From positions 50,656,001 through 50,720,000 of the forward strand of contig NC_045696.1 in the NCBI RefSeq assembly GCF_009834535.1: 64,000 nt of DNA. Reading direction: 5' to 3'. Under the pieces are notes generated by a model. That model did no database searches. It was not told where the DNA came from and saw nothing but the letters and a program-made list of their open reading frames with translations. Position numbers and translations under genes: made by a program. Source of the stretch: Camelus ferus. Lineage: Eukaryota. This document shows, piece by piece, positions 1 to 13,297 of this stretch (positions are counted from its first letter, which is position 1; each line of letters begins with the position of its first letter).

Positions 1-559
1 TGTAATGTCAGAAAGTTACAGCCTCAACCTCAGCACTTGCATCTGACAGCTCTCCACGGGACGAGGCCTTGTCAGTCCCTCCAGCAAATCCACTTTTAAA
101 TAGAGCACTTGTGTGAGGTAAACACTCACAGACTGATGTGACCCACTGACCAGCCTCCTTTTGTTAGGTGCCTGCACGTGGTGTAGAACCATTCACACAC
201 AAGATCACAGGATTGGGAGTGATTTCGGAAGTGATCTTGCCTGACTGCCTGCTGGGAGCACAGCTCTCCTTCCCGCGTGTCCGAGTGGGGCTTCTCTGGT
301 CTCTGCTTAGTCATGTCCCGGGATGGGGCCTGCAGGGTAGGGAGGCCATACACTGTGGGATAGTGGCCTTAGTTAAGAAGGGTCACTTTATAGAGAGGAG
401 GGAACTATCCCCACAGGACCCACACCCTCAGATCTTAGTGCCCCTTTTAGGGCTAAGAGCTCATCTCATGGGAAATAAAAGGGGACATGAGATGAATTGA
501 CATGTTCTGTTGTTTTGACTTAAGAATCTCTTTTAGTTCCTCCAAGTTCCTCTCTCCCT

Positions 560-730
560 TTTATTTATTTATTTATTTTTTGGTTGAATTTACTTATTTA
601 TTTCCTTTTTGTTTGTTTGTTGGGGGCTAAGGTAATTAAGTTTATTATTTTTAGTGGAGGCACTGGGGATTGAACCCAGAACCCTGTGCATGCTAAGCAC
701 GCACTCTACCACTGAGCTATACCCACCCCC
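560..730 (-). mobile_element. Vic-1-type tRNA-derived SINE (camelid)
   Basis: Reverse complement reads GGGGGTGGGTATAGCTCAGTGGTAGAGTGCGTGCTTAGCATGCACAGGGTTCTGGGTTCAATCCCCAGTGCCTCC (Pol III A and B boxes), then a tRNA-unrelated segment and an A-rich tail. Same head as the copies at 24.2, 47.3 and 63.6 kb. Confidence 0.9.
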
Positions 731-1102
731 TGTCCTTGCTCTCCATTTCTTTCTTTTTAGGTCTGAGGTTTCTTTCACTCCCAGGTGAAACATCATAAAG
801 TTATTTCTCCCCACTTCATTCTGGCCACCTTCTTTGGCAGTCATCCCTGCTCTTTTATTTCCTGCCCTCTAGGTAGCTGGCTTTCTTTGATTTTTCTCCT
901 CTTTTTCCATCACCCTTTTCCTTCCCTCATTAGAACTTCTTATTCTCACTTTCCCTTTCAGGGTCACGTTAAAACAGAGACATTAGAATAACACCCTTCC
1001 AAATGCGAATCACAATAAAAGCAGTACCTAACTATGAAACAAGTTGATGGAAGAACACATTGGTGGTTTTTTCAGATTTTTACAAAGATGATTATTTCAA
1101 TA

Positions 1103-1600
1103 CTTTTTTTTTTGCATTTTTAGTTGTAAAATTCACACAACACAAAATTAGCCATTTTAAAGTGTGCAGTTCAGTGTCACTTAGTACATTCGCAATGTTG
1201 TGCAACCCTCACCACCATCTAGTTCCAGAACTTTTGCATCACCCCAAATGGAAACTCCATGCCCGTTAAATAGTCATTCCCCATTTCCGCCTCCCCCCAC
1301 CCCAGCAACAACTAAACCATTCTGTCACTATGGATTGGCCGTTTCTAGCTGTTTCGTATAAAGGAAGTCATACAATATGTGGCCTTTTGTGTCTGGCTGC
1401 ATTAACTTTGCATAATGTTTTCAAAGTTCAGCATTGTTGTAGCATGCATTAGTACTTCATTTCTTTTTATAGTTGGATAATATTCCATTATATGAATATA
1501 CCACATTTTGTTTATCTTTTCATCAGTTGATGGATAATTGGGTGGTTTCCACCTTTCAGCTATTGTGAATAGCACTGCTGCGGACCTTTTGTGTGTGAAC
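1103..1600 (-). mobile_element. L1 (L1MB-like) 3' end fragment
   Basis: T-run followed by typical antisense L1 3'UTR text (ttagtacattc..atgttgtgcaacc..ccatctagttccagaac; catcagttgatggataattggg). The minus ORF 1402-1602 resembles decayed L1 ORF2 C-terminus (INKMWYIHIMEYY). Confidence 0.85.
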
Positions 1601-3044
1601 ACAACTGCTTTTTTTGAAGTATTAATTTTTTACTCCAAAACACAGGCTTGTTTATTTGTTTCTTGCTGCGGGCAGGGGTGGGTGTGGCACTGCTGTGCTG
1701 GGGCCCAAAGCAGGGTTCAGCCTGTCTGCCACTCGTCTCCATCAGTGCCCTGTTCCTGTGCCCTTGATGATCTGCCCCCCTCCCCCCCGCCCCCCTGTTT
1801 CCCTCACTCCGTTGTCCCCACACACACTTTCATGTATGTGATGTGGGTTCTCCCCAACTCAGACAATGTGGAATTCCTATTGGCAAGTGGATTTCCTCCT
1901 CTTATGGAGGTGTTTTTGTTTTAAAATAAGTACAATGAGCATGTCCAATTCAGAAAGGCCTGAGGCCCCAGTTCTCAGCTTCCCCTAACCAGGCCCCTTT
2001 CCAACTGGATTCCAGGAAATCAGGCTCCAGGAGCTCAAGCCAGGAGAGGCCCTTCCTGGGGCCTCAGCTCATAAAGCCAAGGTGTGTCTGAGCCCCTCAA
2101 CTCTGTCAGGCTTGGAACTTGAGCCTGGCTGCTGTCAGAGTTCAGAGCTCCCTGCCAAGCCCTCGGAAAGCTGGGGGGCCAGAGAGAACAGAGAGGCGTC
2201 ACGTTACTGCTTGCAAAAAGGAGGGGCTGTCCTATTGGACACTCCCCATGAATGGTGTCGCTGGGTAGATAGCCACCACAGGCATCATCAGCGTTTGGAC
2301 CGCATCACAAAGTGCAGTCCAGTTATGGTGCCTCCTCTCGGAGATACAGAGGCTGTTTCCCCTTTGCCCCCTCCCCGACCTTTTTCCTGGGTTTGCCGCT
2401 CTCCCCTCCTCCAACTTCCCCTGCTCTCCCAGATCTGTTCCCCCCAAAAGCTCTCTAGTTCCCTCCCGTCCCTTTGATTTCCCCCCACCCTCCTTTCATC
2501 CCCCAAACCTTTTCTATCCACTCCCTGTCTCCTTGCCTTTCTCGGTGTGCCTTTTGGATCTTGTTTCCTTTGACACTGGTCCCAGGCCCACTGCCAAGTT
2601 TCAGACCCATTAGTGAGGTGCCTTGCTGACTGAAACACAAATCAAGACTGATCCGGGTACAATTAGCAGCCGCTCGCACCTCATCTGGAAAGCATTAGCC
2701 AGCACTGAGAGTAGGTGAGGGGGAGCAGGAGGGAAATATTGATGCCAAACAGAACAGATCTCCTATTTTGGAACAAGAAAGGATCCTGACCCAGTAGACA
2801 AGTAAGATCCAAGTAGACAAAGAGGCCCCCAGGAGATGCAAAGATGAGTGGCCTGTTAACCGACCTTGGGTATCCTTCCACATCTACGCAAGAGACACAG
2901 ACCCCTCCACATTTGATGCAGGTGTATAACTCTCATCCAGGAAAAGTGGTGTCTGTTCCAGGTATTTAATTAATCCAAGTATTTTAACACGCGTGTGACC
3001 CAGGAGTCCTCTGCTCTCTTGTTGCATCCTCTATTATCTTGACG

Positions 3045-3170
3045 CTGCTTCTAGAAATCTAATATGCATTAAGAATCACCTGGCATTGAGTTAAAAATGC
3101 AGATTCTGATTCACTAGGACTAGGGAGGGGCCTGAGATTCTGCATTTATAACAAACTGGTAGATGGGCCA
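3045..3170. mobile_element. MER5-like hAT-Charlie MITE fragment
   Basis: agaatcacctgg..ttaaaaatgcagattctgattca.tagg.ctaggg.ggggcctgagattctgcattt.taacaa resembles the MER5 core. Confidence 0.75.
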
Positions 3171-5734
3171 CACTTTAAGGATCTAGGACAGTTCAGCTCA
3201 GGTCAAATACCCCTGTTAGAGGCATCTCCCAGTACCCTGCCCTTCCTTTTTAGCACTCACAGTTACAATTAAGGATAAATGATGTAATTAGCTGTTCAGT
3301 GCTTATCTCCCTAACTCAATGCAGGTTGCCCAAGGCCAAGGACCAGGCTTATCTGGTTCAGTTCTGTATCCCCAGTACCAGCCCAGTGTATTGCATGTAG
3401 CAGGTGGTCAGTAAACAGTTCACAAGGGGATTTTCACAAGTGAATGAACCAGCTGAATCCTAAAGACCCATCAAAAGTCTCTCCTCTTTCAGAGAGCCTT
3501 CCGAGTCCAGCATTCCTTCTCTGTACCTGCCCGCTGACATTTGATAATTTCCCACATGTTTTAGCCCCTTAGCTAGATCATTAGCTACTTAAAATTGAGA
3601 CTTTGTCTTCTGAGTTTCAGAACTTTTTTTATGTCCTTCCCCCTCCATGCCCCCCCACCAATCTTGGTACTGCCTTGCTCCAATAGGCATTTAATATTAG
3701 TTGATTGATTGAGAGACCCTAGGATGACGCCAAGTTGTATTTAGACCTCAGTTATAAGGCCCAAGGGTTGGCTGAATTTTGGCTTGGACCAAAGCCAAGG
3801 TTTCACATGCCCCAGTGGAAAAATCTTTAATACCACCTAACACGTTTGTGGGTGGGAAGGCTGAGACATTATGTGTGTACAAAATCAAGAGATGTAATAT
3901 TGTGAGGCTCCCAAAGCAGTTATAAATCAGGCCACTCTAGGGGGTTAGCTGTGCGGCTGTGGCCATTACCTCACTCCAGTTTCTCCACTGAAAACGACGG
4001 CTCACATCGTAGGGCACACAGGTGGGGTGAGGGCTGCTCTTCTTTTCCAGGATCAGGCAGACCATTTATCTTGGAAATACAGAAAACTGGCTTCCCAATG
4101 TTCTCCCAGAGACAGGAGAACCTGGTTTTGTTTGGAAATCATCGATTGTCTATTTTTTGAACATTCAGGGCTTCAGGAAACCCAGGGTGACTTTTGTCAA
4201 GCACTTTCCCCCCGTAATCTTAAAACTCATCTATTTCAAGGGACATTTAATGCACATGCTTTTGATTTACTTACCCTTAAATCATCAAAATATTGTTATG
4301 CAAGACCTGTTTAGGCTCTAAGAAACTCTATGAGCATTACTGGGAGGTTTAAAAACCTTGCTTTCAGGATAAAAAACAAGAAGTTGTGTTTTTCCGAAAA
4401 CACATTGCCTTTAACATAAGAAGACTTGAGGGCCTTTCCAAACACTGATTTCATAGGGCATCAGGGGTTCAGAGCCAGCACAGTCCAGGCTCCCATCCCT
4501 GTCTCTTCAGTGAAGTAAAGTGGAGCAGAACGTCCCCGGCTTGGCAGACTCACACTGTGACACTCGACTGGAACCTGTGACCCTTCAGTACCCAATGGTG
4601 ACAAAGCTTGATCTGTCTGGAGACTCCCAAGCATATTTTACAACCAGTACCCCAGTTGCATGTTCAATGTATAAGCCTGCAAAATGCCTGGCTGTGGCCT
4701 GATTATCTTCTTAAGCAAATAAGACATAAATCCTAGGGTGTTAGAGACAACTTTTGAAGTTCGAAAGTACCTGGCAAAGAAAATCCACCAGAATACAGCT
4801 CAAAGATGTAGTTCTATGGGATGGCTTTTCAATGATCTGATTGAGCTCAGGGCAGGGCATGAGGCAGGGAACACAGGATGTCTTATGTTCGCTGTTAAGG
4901 CCTTACCCAAAATTGGCCCTGAAAACTGAGAGCCACCACTTTGGCCTCTGAGTTCTGATTCACTTACAGGTGAAACAGTGAAGTGGCTGAGGGAAGTGAG
5001 TCTCAGAGCAGTGCTGATACACACACACAATGTTTTCATATAAATGTTCTCTATAAACACAATGAATGAGTGAGCAATAGGGAATGTAAGAGGTTCTAGT
5101 GGAAGAAAAACTTCAGTGCACCCAACACAAAGAAGAATTGAATAGTTGTCGAATGAGGAGTGACTGCATGTCTCTGAGAATAGGTAATAGGAAAGCTGGA
5201 CCCACAGCCATCAACTCTCAGATAACAGGCTCACCTGTGCCAGCATGAGGACATGGAAGTTTGGGGTAACCCAAGAATGGAAGGTGGCCATTGAGCAGGT
5301 AGCAGTGCCCTAAGCACGTGGTGAGAAGCAGAGGCAGAGGGGGGCCCACGTTCCCCAGGCCACCTGGCCTGCCTCCCCATTATTCTTTCTCCTCTGCAAC
5401 CGTGGAGCCCAGCCTAAAATGAGCAGAGCCCGGCCTGGGAATGAGTCCTCCAGAAACGATACTCAGATTCTGAGCTGACCACTCAGTAGAGAGCACTGAG
5501 GGCCTGCTGACACAGAGCCACAGTGGTGGCTAAGATGCCATCCCCACCCTCAGAGAGTTTATCCTCTGGCAAAGGTGAGCAGCCAGCTTCCTTCCCACTT
5601 GCCCAAGATTCAAGGGAGTATGAATGGAAGCGATGGGACAGAAGGAGAGGTGAGCATGAGATGGAATGGACAGCACTGAGCCCTGAGCAGATGTGAGGGG
5701 CACAGGACAAGGCAGAATTAAGGATGCAATTAAA

Positions 5735-6023
5735 CTCACAGACATAGCAAACTTATGGTTACTGGGGGAAGGGGGTGGGAAGGGATAAACTGGGAGTTTG
5801 AGATTTGCAGATACTGACTGGTATATATAAAATAGATAAAGAAGTTTATACCGTATAGCACAGGGAACTATATTCGGTATCTTGTAGTAGCTTACAGTGG
5901 AAAAGAATATGAAAACAAATATATGTATGTACATGTATGACTGAAGCATTGTGCTGTACACCAGAAACTGACACAACATTGTAAACTGTCTACATTTCAA
6001 TTTTTTTAAAAAGTAAAAAAAAA
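5735..6023 (+). mobile_element. Lineage-specific (cetartiodactyl-type) L1 3' end, 5'-truncated, with TSD
   Basis: L1 3'UTR motif gtatagcacagggaactatattc and an A-rich tail. 15-bp TSD AAGGATGCAATTAAA (5720-5734) / AAGGATGCGATTAAA (6024-6038), one mismatch at a CpG. Confidence 0.9.
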
Positions 6024-7019
6024 AAGGATGCGATTAAAGTTTCAAGTCTCAGCATCTCAGAGGATGGTGATGATATTGGCAAAAATCAAGATTACAGAGG
6101 AGGAAAGCAGTTGAGAGTGAAGACGCCAGGGCCCATTTGGAACCCCCCTGCTAAACCTGGTGGGACGTCTCTGTAAGATAACACTAGGGAGGCCATTCTT
6201 CATTTGGGGAGGAAAAAAATGGCTGCCTAGAAAGTTCATACACACGTAGCAAAAAGGAGAGGAGAATGAGGTGAGAGAACATGAAAGCCCTTGTCGAAGG
6301 GGCTCCGTTCTTGCCTGATAACGAGACCAGCAGAAGCAGTCGGCTCTCCTGGTCTGAGCACGCCTAGATCAGAAATGGCGGACCACGCGTCTCACTTTTG
6401 ATCATTCTAAGTGTTCTCAAAGTGAAAGAAAAGAGTAATCTCACACCTCCCTAGGCTAGGTCAGATGTGTGTGTTCCAGCGGGTAGTGGTGAATCTACAT
6501 ACGGAAAATTGTATTCAGAAATGCCTGAGTCCAGCACTTAAATTCCATGGCACACATGGAAGGAATTGAGGAGATCGCCAGACTTACAGATTTTCCGCCC
6601 ACACTGTAATGTGGCGTCCTGATGCATTTTGGAAACTGAAGAGCACCGTGGTGGGAAAACCTCTGCACAGTTAAGTATGGACACCTTGAACATGGACTAA
6701 ATTCTTTACAAGATTTCTATATCACTAAGGACTTAGCCAATTCCATCATATTCTGAAGACAAATCATAGACTATCACCTCTGGCTATCTAGAATGCTTTG
6801 GAAAATTTATTGTTTGAAAGAGCTAAATGTTCCAGAGAGCAAAGGGTTTACCCCTTTAAGTGCCAAAACTCTCTTTCAGTAATTTTGAATGCAGTCTTTT
6901 CCAAAGGCATGTACCTACCTTTTCTTAACTTCTTAAATATGAACTTGATTTCACTTGAGGAATGCCAGTTACAAGCTATGCTATAATAAACGAAACACTA
7001 GACTGTAAGTTCCTTGAGA

Positions 7020-7210
7020 AATGAATGCTGCAAAACGCTAGTGAAATCCAAATAAGGTCTGTAGTCCATTTAATGGCCTTGTACAGACATTAGTGTCTTT
7101 GCTTTGATAATGGACTGTACTTACGGAAAATGATATCATTGGAGGAAGCTGGGAGAAGGGTGCAGACTATTTTTGTAGCTTCTTGTGAGTCTAAAATCAT
7201 TCAAAAAAAG
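7020..7210 (+). mobile_element. Old L1 (L1MC-like) 3' end
   Basis: gtgaaatccaaataaggtctgtag..ggaagctgggagaagggt..tttttgtagcttcttgtgagtctaaaatcattcaaaaaaa resembles L1MC 3' termini. Confidence 0.7.
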
Positions 7211-7404
7211 CTTTTTTTTTTTAAGTACCCTGAGGTCAGGGACTGTTTCAGTTATCAAGTGGATGAGTAGAAGGAACAAAGGAAAGAAAGAAAGAGAGGG
7301 AGGGAGGAAGGATGGACAGACAGAATTGGGACCTTTAGAGATCTAAAAAAACCATATGGGAGAGAGTGTGGAGGATCAGAAATGTGGGAACTTTCAGTGC
7401 AGGC

Positions 7405-7600
7405 AGGCTCTGAGGTATGCCCCCTTCCTGGCTCTGTGACAAATTTCTTAAACTCTGTGAACCTCCATGTTTACCTTTGTAATATCAGAGATAAAAATAC
7501 ACACTGTGGAGGAGTGCTGTGAGGATGAAATTGAGCAGTATGCCCAATAACCCAAGAGAGAATCCATCACCCATTGGGTATTCAGTCATTCATCCAATTC
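7405..7600 (+). mobile_element. MIR SINE fragment
   Basis: MIR core-like: cttaaactctgtgaacctccatgtttacctttgtaa..gtgaggatgaaattgag. Confidence 0.6.
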
Positions 7601-7944
7601 TAAATGCCCCTGGATTCTGTGTGCTTATAATTCTTATGTCTTAATCCTATAGTTCTAGTTTCTAATCATCAGAATTCAGCTCTCACACTTTAATGCTCTC
7701 CACCTGCTTCCCTGTTTCATTTGCTGCTCCTCATCTGCTGTGAGCTTGATATAAATCTATATGCAATCTTAAATAGGCTCAAAATAAGAATCGCATCTGT
7801 GAATAAAGTATTTAGGTTCCAGCCCACAGACACTAATTTTAGTTGCTCAGAGATCTTTTTCTTTTGACTTACTTTCTAGTTTTGGGCTAAGTTCCAGATA
7901 GATGAGGCTCTTATATGAGTTCCAGTTAGATGAGACAATGATAC

Positions 7945-8165
7945 TAATAATAATCACCAAAATTTATTGATTATTAAAATGCTAACTATATTAAGTGTTT
8001 TATATACATTATCTCATTTAATTCTCGTCACCACTCTATGAGGTAACCGTTTCGACCTCTACACTGTAGATTAAGAATTTCACCCCTTACTCCAAGTCCC
8101 AGAGCTAATTACCTGCAGAGCTGACATCACAAGACACAGATAACTCTGGAGCCCAGCTGCTATCT
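7945..8165 (-). mobile_element. MIR SINE
   Basis: atttattga..tatacattatctcatttaattctcgtcaccactctatgaggta is the antisense MIR core. Confidence 0.7.
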
Positions 8166-9619
8166 CAGAGGTCACTGTAACAGCTTTCTCTTCCTTCCTT
8201 GCAACCAAAAGTGCTTTTACATGGCCCCAATCCTTAGAGGGGGAGCTAGGTCCCTTTGATGAAGGCAGTAAAGACAGAGTGAGAATAAAAGGAAAGGAGA
8301 AAAAAGAAATTAGTAGTCAAGAATCAGTTCTTTAAAAATCTCAAAAGACAACAGTCCTGGAACAGCACAGTTTTGTACTATAGATCCTTAGTAAATGTTT
8401 ATTGAGTATTTCAGGGAAAAAATGGGGCAGGGGGGGTTGGTTTCCCCAAGCTTCCTAAAAAAAGACGACTTTCCTATAGATGGCGTCTCCCTTCTATATC
8501 CTGAGACCCTTCATCTCCTAAGCTGCCTCTGCCTCCTGATGCCTGGCAGGGCCGGTTAGGAAACACCTCCTCTCATGGGACCTGAAGCTGTAGGGTTTGA
8601 ATTACACAAATTCCCTTTACAGGCAATCTCTTAGGAATTGTCTACTTTTCATTTTGAAGAATTCCTGTGTTTGGTGACCAGACATCTGAAGAAAGGCTAA
8701 TGATTTCTCCAGACAGTCTGTAGGTGTTCATTGTTCACTTGCTTAAACTCACCAGGGGAGCCATGTGGGTACACACAAAAGAAGGAAAAGAGGGCAGAGA
8801 ACTGGAGCTAAGAGACCTGGAGAGAACACGCCTGTTCTCTAAGGGAGCAGGGGCCAGAATCCAGCAAGGTTGCAGAACTAACCAGCTGTGAAGTCAGAGG
8901 AGGCTTTAAACAGAAAAGGTTGCTGGGCCTTGGCATCTCTTTCGCAATGGGTTGTGGTGTGAGGGATGTTTGGAACAACTGTAAACAGGAACTGCTGTGC
9001 CCTTATTAGGAATACTCACTTCTCCAGGCAGAGAAGCGGCTGCTGAGGCTTGCAACCCCCTTCCTCCCTGCTGGCCCCAGCCTCCCTCCCCATTGCTGCT
9101 GTCGGAACCCACTGGGGCTGTTCTCTACGGTTGCTCTTGGAGACTGATGCTCAGCAGGGCCCAAAAAGAGAAAAAGCCAGGGATTCCATCTGGCAGAGTC
9201 CACCTTGATCCCAGCTGCTCACAAGAGCTGTTTATTCCCACCAACACTGAGCCTAGTGTAGCCTCCTCCCTACAGGGTGGCCTGAAGAGCCGTCCAACAG
9301 GCCTGGCAAATTCTGTCAAAGCCAGAACACTGGGCAGGACTTTAGGGGGTGGGTCTGGGTGCTCAGCAGCCTGGATTTGGAGAGGCCAGTGCTCAACAGA
9401 AGGTAGGAGCTGTGGTGAGAGCAGGTGGGTGCCTCGGCTTCCCTGCTGGGAAGGGCAGATGAATCCTCAGGCCTCAATGCTGGAGGTCATTGCCTAGGGG
9501 TCACTTTGAGCCAGTATCACAGAGGTGATTAAAAGTGTAGGCTGTGGCAACAAACAATGGAGGTCAAAATTCTGGCTCTGCCTCTTTCTAAATGCATTTT
9601 TTGAGGGGATGAAAGTCAG

Positions 9620-11010
9620 ACTTGGCAAATAGCTAAATTAGGGGGAAACAGAGAGTCTTTTAGAAGTCCAGGTATAGACAAAACTGCCTTGGAGGAGATG
9701 AAGGCTATTTATAAAAATTTGGAATTAAGGAGGCTAAGCACATTTGAAGATGAATGGAAAGTCAGTTTTCCACATTTTGAGTTTCAAGAGCTAATGAAAT
9801 AACCAATTGAAGATGCCAGTAAGCAAAGTGAAAGACAGGAATGGCACTTAGGAGAGAGGTTAGAACTCGATTTTCTTCACCGTTGATTCATGCACAACCC
9901 TATCTTGTGTAGTTTACCTTTAATAGTATGATGAACACTATGAACCTCTAGCCCGACACAAGAAGCAGCCATTACCAATAACCCACACCTACCCAAGTGT
10001 TCATCCGTATCCCATCCCACCACCTCAGGAAGCCATGATCCTGATTTCTGTGGCTAAAATTCCTTTGCTTTGTTTTCTGTTTCTATATATTCCTGTCTAA
10101 AAAGTTGCTTTCTTTTGAACTTTATAACTGGTTATACTCTAATGTCTGTTGGAACTTACTTTTGTCATTCAGCATTGTGTCACTGAGATTCAAACATGTT
10201 ATGTGAAGCTGAACATAATTAATTTTCACTACTGTATAATATTCCACTGGGTGAAAATACACTACTTATCTGTTGTCGTTAAGCATATGAGTTGTTTCTA
10301 GTTTCCTTGCTATCCTGAACAGTGAGCTATGAACATTTTTTCACAAGTCTCCTGGTACATGCTTTGTAAGAATTACTCTTGGCCTTATCCCCAAGTATAA
10401 GTGGAATTGCTGGCTCATACAGCATACAGATGGTCAGCTCTTCAAGCTAACACCAAAGTATTTTTCAAAGTCGTGCCAATGAGATGAAGATTTGAAAAGT
10501 ATCATCAGGGAGGTGACTTAAAGTCATGGAAGCAGATGAGTTTTCCTAGGAGACCATGTAAAGCAAGAAAAAAAAAAGATTGAGGTCTGATTCTTAGACA
10601 TGCATGTTCAAGTATTTACAGAAGGAAGGGGAGCCAGAGAAGGAAACAAATTAGTAGTCAAAGAGGAGGGAGGAACAGCAGGAGAAACAGAGTCAAGCAT
10701 GCCAAAAGAGGGGAGTTTCTTATAGACGGGGGTAACCAGCATCAGAGGATGCTGCACAGATAATTTGAGAAGGATGAAGGTTCGGAAAAGGTCGGTGATC
10801 CTGAAGAAAGCTAATGTGGGCTTTGTTGACTGCTGAGGGTAGAAGCCATATTTCAGAGTATTTATGCGTGAGCACTGGTGGAGAGGGTAGAGAGAAATAT
10901 TGTAATTCTAAATACCATTTGGATAAGTGTGACCGTGATTTGAGGAACATATATAGAAAGTGGAGGAGATAGCCCAGCTGAGATGTACTTTTTTTTTAAG
11001 GATGGGGAAG
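9620..11010 (-). mobile_element. L2 fragment interrupted by an old L1 (L1ME-like, ~9875-10475)
   Basis: Purine-rich L2-like text (ggagagaggttagaactcga ... gatgaagatttgaaaagtatcatcagg) is split by antisense L1 3'UTR text (tcattcagcattgtgtcactgagattca..; gtggaattgctggctcata). Confidence 0.6.
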
Positions 11011-11199
11011 ACTTGACATGATTGTAGGTTCAGAAGTAGAAGACAGTGGAAAGGAAGAGTTTGAAGAAGAGACGTTTATTGTAGAGGAAGGTCTTCTAAG
11101 AACTGGGAGAGGACAGAATCTGAAGTGCAAGTCTGCTCTTGGCTGCTCTGTTTCTCTGAAACAGAGAAAATTAAAAAGCTTTAAAAGGCATCAAAAATT

Positions 11200-11430
11200 A
11201 TCATCGCCATCATACCAACTAACATTTACAGAGTCCATTGTGTAAAAGATCCTGTCCTAAGCACTCAACACATATTATCTTATTTAATCTGCTGAACAGC
11301 CCTATGGCACTGGTACTTTTTATAATATCTATTATAATTTCCATTTTACAGAAGAGGAAACTGAGGCTTAGAGACATGACTAGACCAGGTTAGCTGATTG
11401 AGGCCATGTTCTCGTAATCACTACATGTAT
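11200..11430 (-). mobile_element. MIR SINE
   Basis: tattatcttatttaatctgctgaacagccctatg..tttccattttacagaagaggaaactgaggcttagaga. Confidence 0.8.
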
Positions 11431-12785
11431 GCTGAGAATTAGGAAGTGGAACAAGATTGTGCCAGATGGCAAAAGCTTAGGCCTGGAGAAATCAGAGATG
11501 TGAGAGGAATGGAGAAGGTTTGGTTTCGGCACTGCTAGTAATGTGATAAGGAATCAGGTGAGGAGGAGAGGGAAGTGAACACGTTGGTCTTTTACTGTGT
11601 TTCAGGCTAAGTGCTAGGCCCTTTGCCTGCATTGACTTATTTCCATGGGAACAAATTTAAAAGAAGTAGCAAGGGCCCCATGTGATGGGCAAGCACCCAG
11701 TGTGATGGAGCTAAGCAGCCCGTGCTTTCTGCAGGCTGCACCGATGACAGGAGCAGGACCTGAAGAGCACAGCGTGGTTGAACAAGGGTAGGGGTACATA
11801 CGGTGGGAGCCAAGAGGCAAGGGTGGTGATGATGAGGCCAGAGACGTCACTCATTTGCTGGGCGTGGCATCTCACATGGGGAAGAAGGCCAGCAAGGCCA
11901 TGGGGCAGATGAACTGAGGTGGGGAATGTCAAGGGACTAAAGTTCACAAAGTGGGTACAGAGGCAGTCCAGCCCTGGCAGGAGTGGGAGAGAGCGGGGAC
12001 GGTGACAGCTTGAGGCACAAGGACCTTCATGGTTTGAGATCTCAGAGGCTGAGCAGCTGAGTGCTGGGAGTTGGCACTGTGGTCACACGGGAGGGGGCTG
12101 AAGAAAGAAAGCCCAAGCCGCAGGCCACCGGGCCGGAGAAGCCAGAAGCTGGGCCTTCCACAGCACTTGGTGATTTATGTTGTTTTATAATCTTCATAAC
12201 CTCCTGTGGGGTAGGTGTTACTGGTGATATCTCATCGATGACCAGACGTGGGCTCCCCCAAATCGGAGGAACCCAGTCTTCTTCTCCAAGCTGCCCTCTT
12301 CCTCTTTTGTGTATGCAGCCCCCACTCACCATTCAAGAGTCAGTTCAGATGTCATCTCCAAGAAGATTTCACGTCTCTTCAGACTGAGTTAGGTGCCCAT
12401 CTTCCGGGATCTCACGATTTTATCACCGTGTATCCCAATTGCGCATTTCTTTGTCTCTCATGAGTCTAGAGGAAAGTGACTGTGTCTTTATTTCCAGTGC
12501 TTGGCATCATGTCTGGCCCCGAATGGGCTGAGTAAAAGTTTATGGAATGAATTAATGCATTTGAAAACAACAGACTGGGGCCAGAGACATACCAAGCCAA
12601 GAGTCTCTGTTTCCAGTATTCGGACTTTACAGTCCCCATAGGTTTGGTTTGAGGAAAAAAATGGTTCTCTATAAAAATAAGGGCAGCGTACCAGGGGCAA
12701 GGAGAAGGGCAGCCAGGAGAAGCTGGGGCGGAGGCCCAGGGAGGGCTGGGCTTGTCTGGATAGGTAAGAGTTCAGAAGAGAATAG

Positions 12786-13297
12786 TGTTACCGAGTCCAA
12801 ACCTGTTCTGCTCACTGCACAACAGGCCAATAAATTGGGAGACGAGGTGCTGGGGCAAGGAATAACGACTTTATTCAGAAAGTTGGCAGACCAGGAAGAT
12901 GGCAGACTAAAGTCCTGGCAAATCATCTTACCCAAGCCAAAATTCAGGCTCCTTTTATACTAAAAAGGAGAGGGAGTGTGGTTGGTTGTTGCAGACTTCT
13001 TGGTGTCAGAACCCTTTGTTCTTGCAGCTGACCACGTCATGGTGTCCCTGCAAACCTCCCATAAGACAAATGTTATTTTCTATTCTATAACTTTTTATCT
13101 TTACATGTATAGGAAGGTGTTAATATCCTTAAAGGTCAGAGCCTTGAGAATAGGCTGCCTCATGTATTTCAGGCTATAGGCAACATTCTTTTACAAAAAG
13201 TACAGAACCAGTATGACTGAGCACTGGAAATAGAGCACAGAGTTAGAGCTAAAGGAACAGAGCTAGTGTGGAGTCAGACTTGTTCTTCCCTACTACA
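12786..13297 (-). mobile_element. ERV1-class solo LTR (512 bp)
   Basis: TG...CA termini (TGTTACC 12786; TACTACA 13297) flanked by 4-bp TSD ATAG (12782-12785 / 13298-13301). Minus-strand TATAAAA (12953-12959) and AATAAA (12870-12875). Confidence 0.9.
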
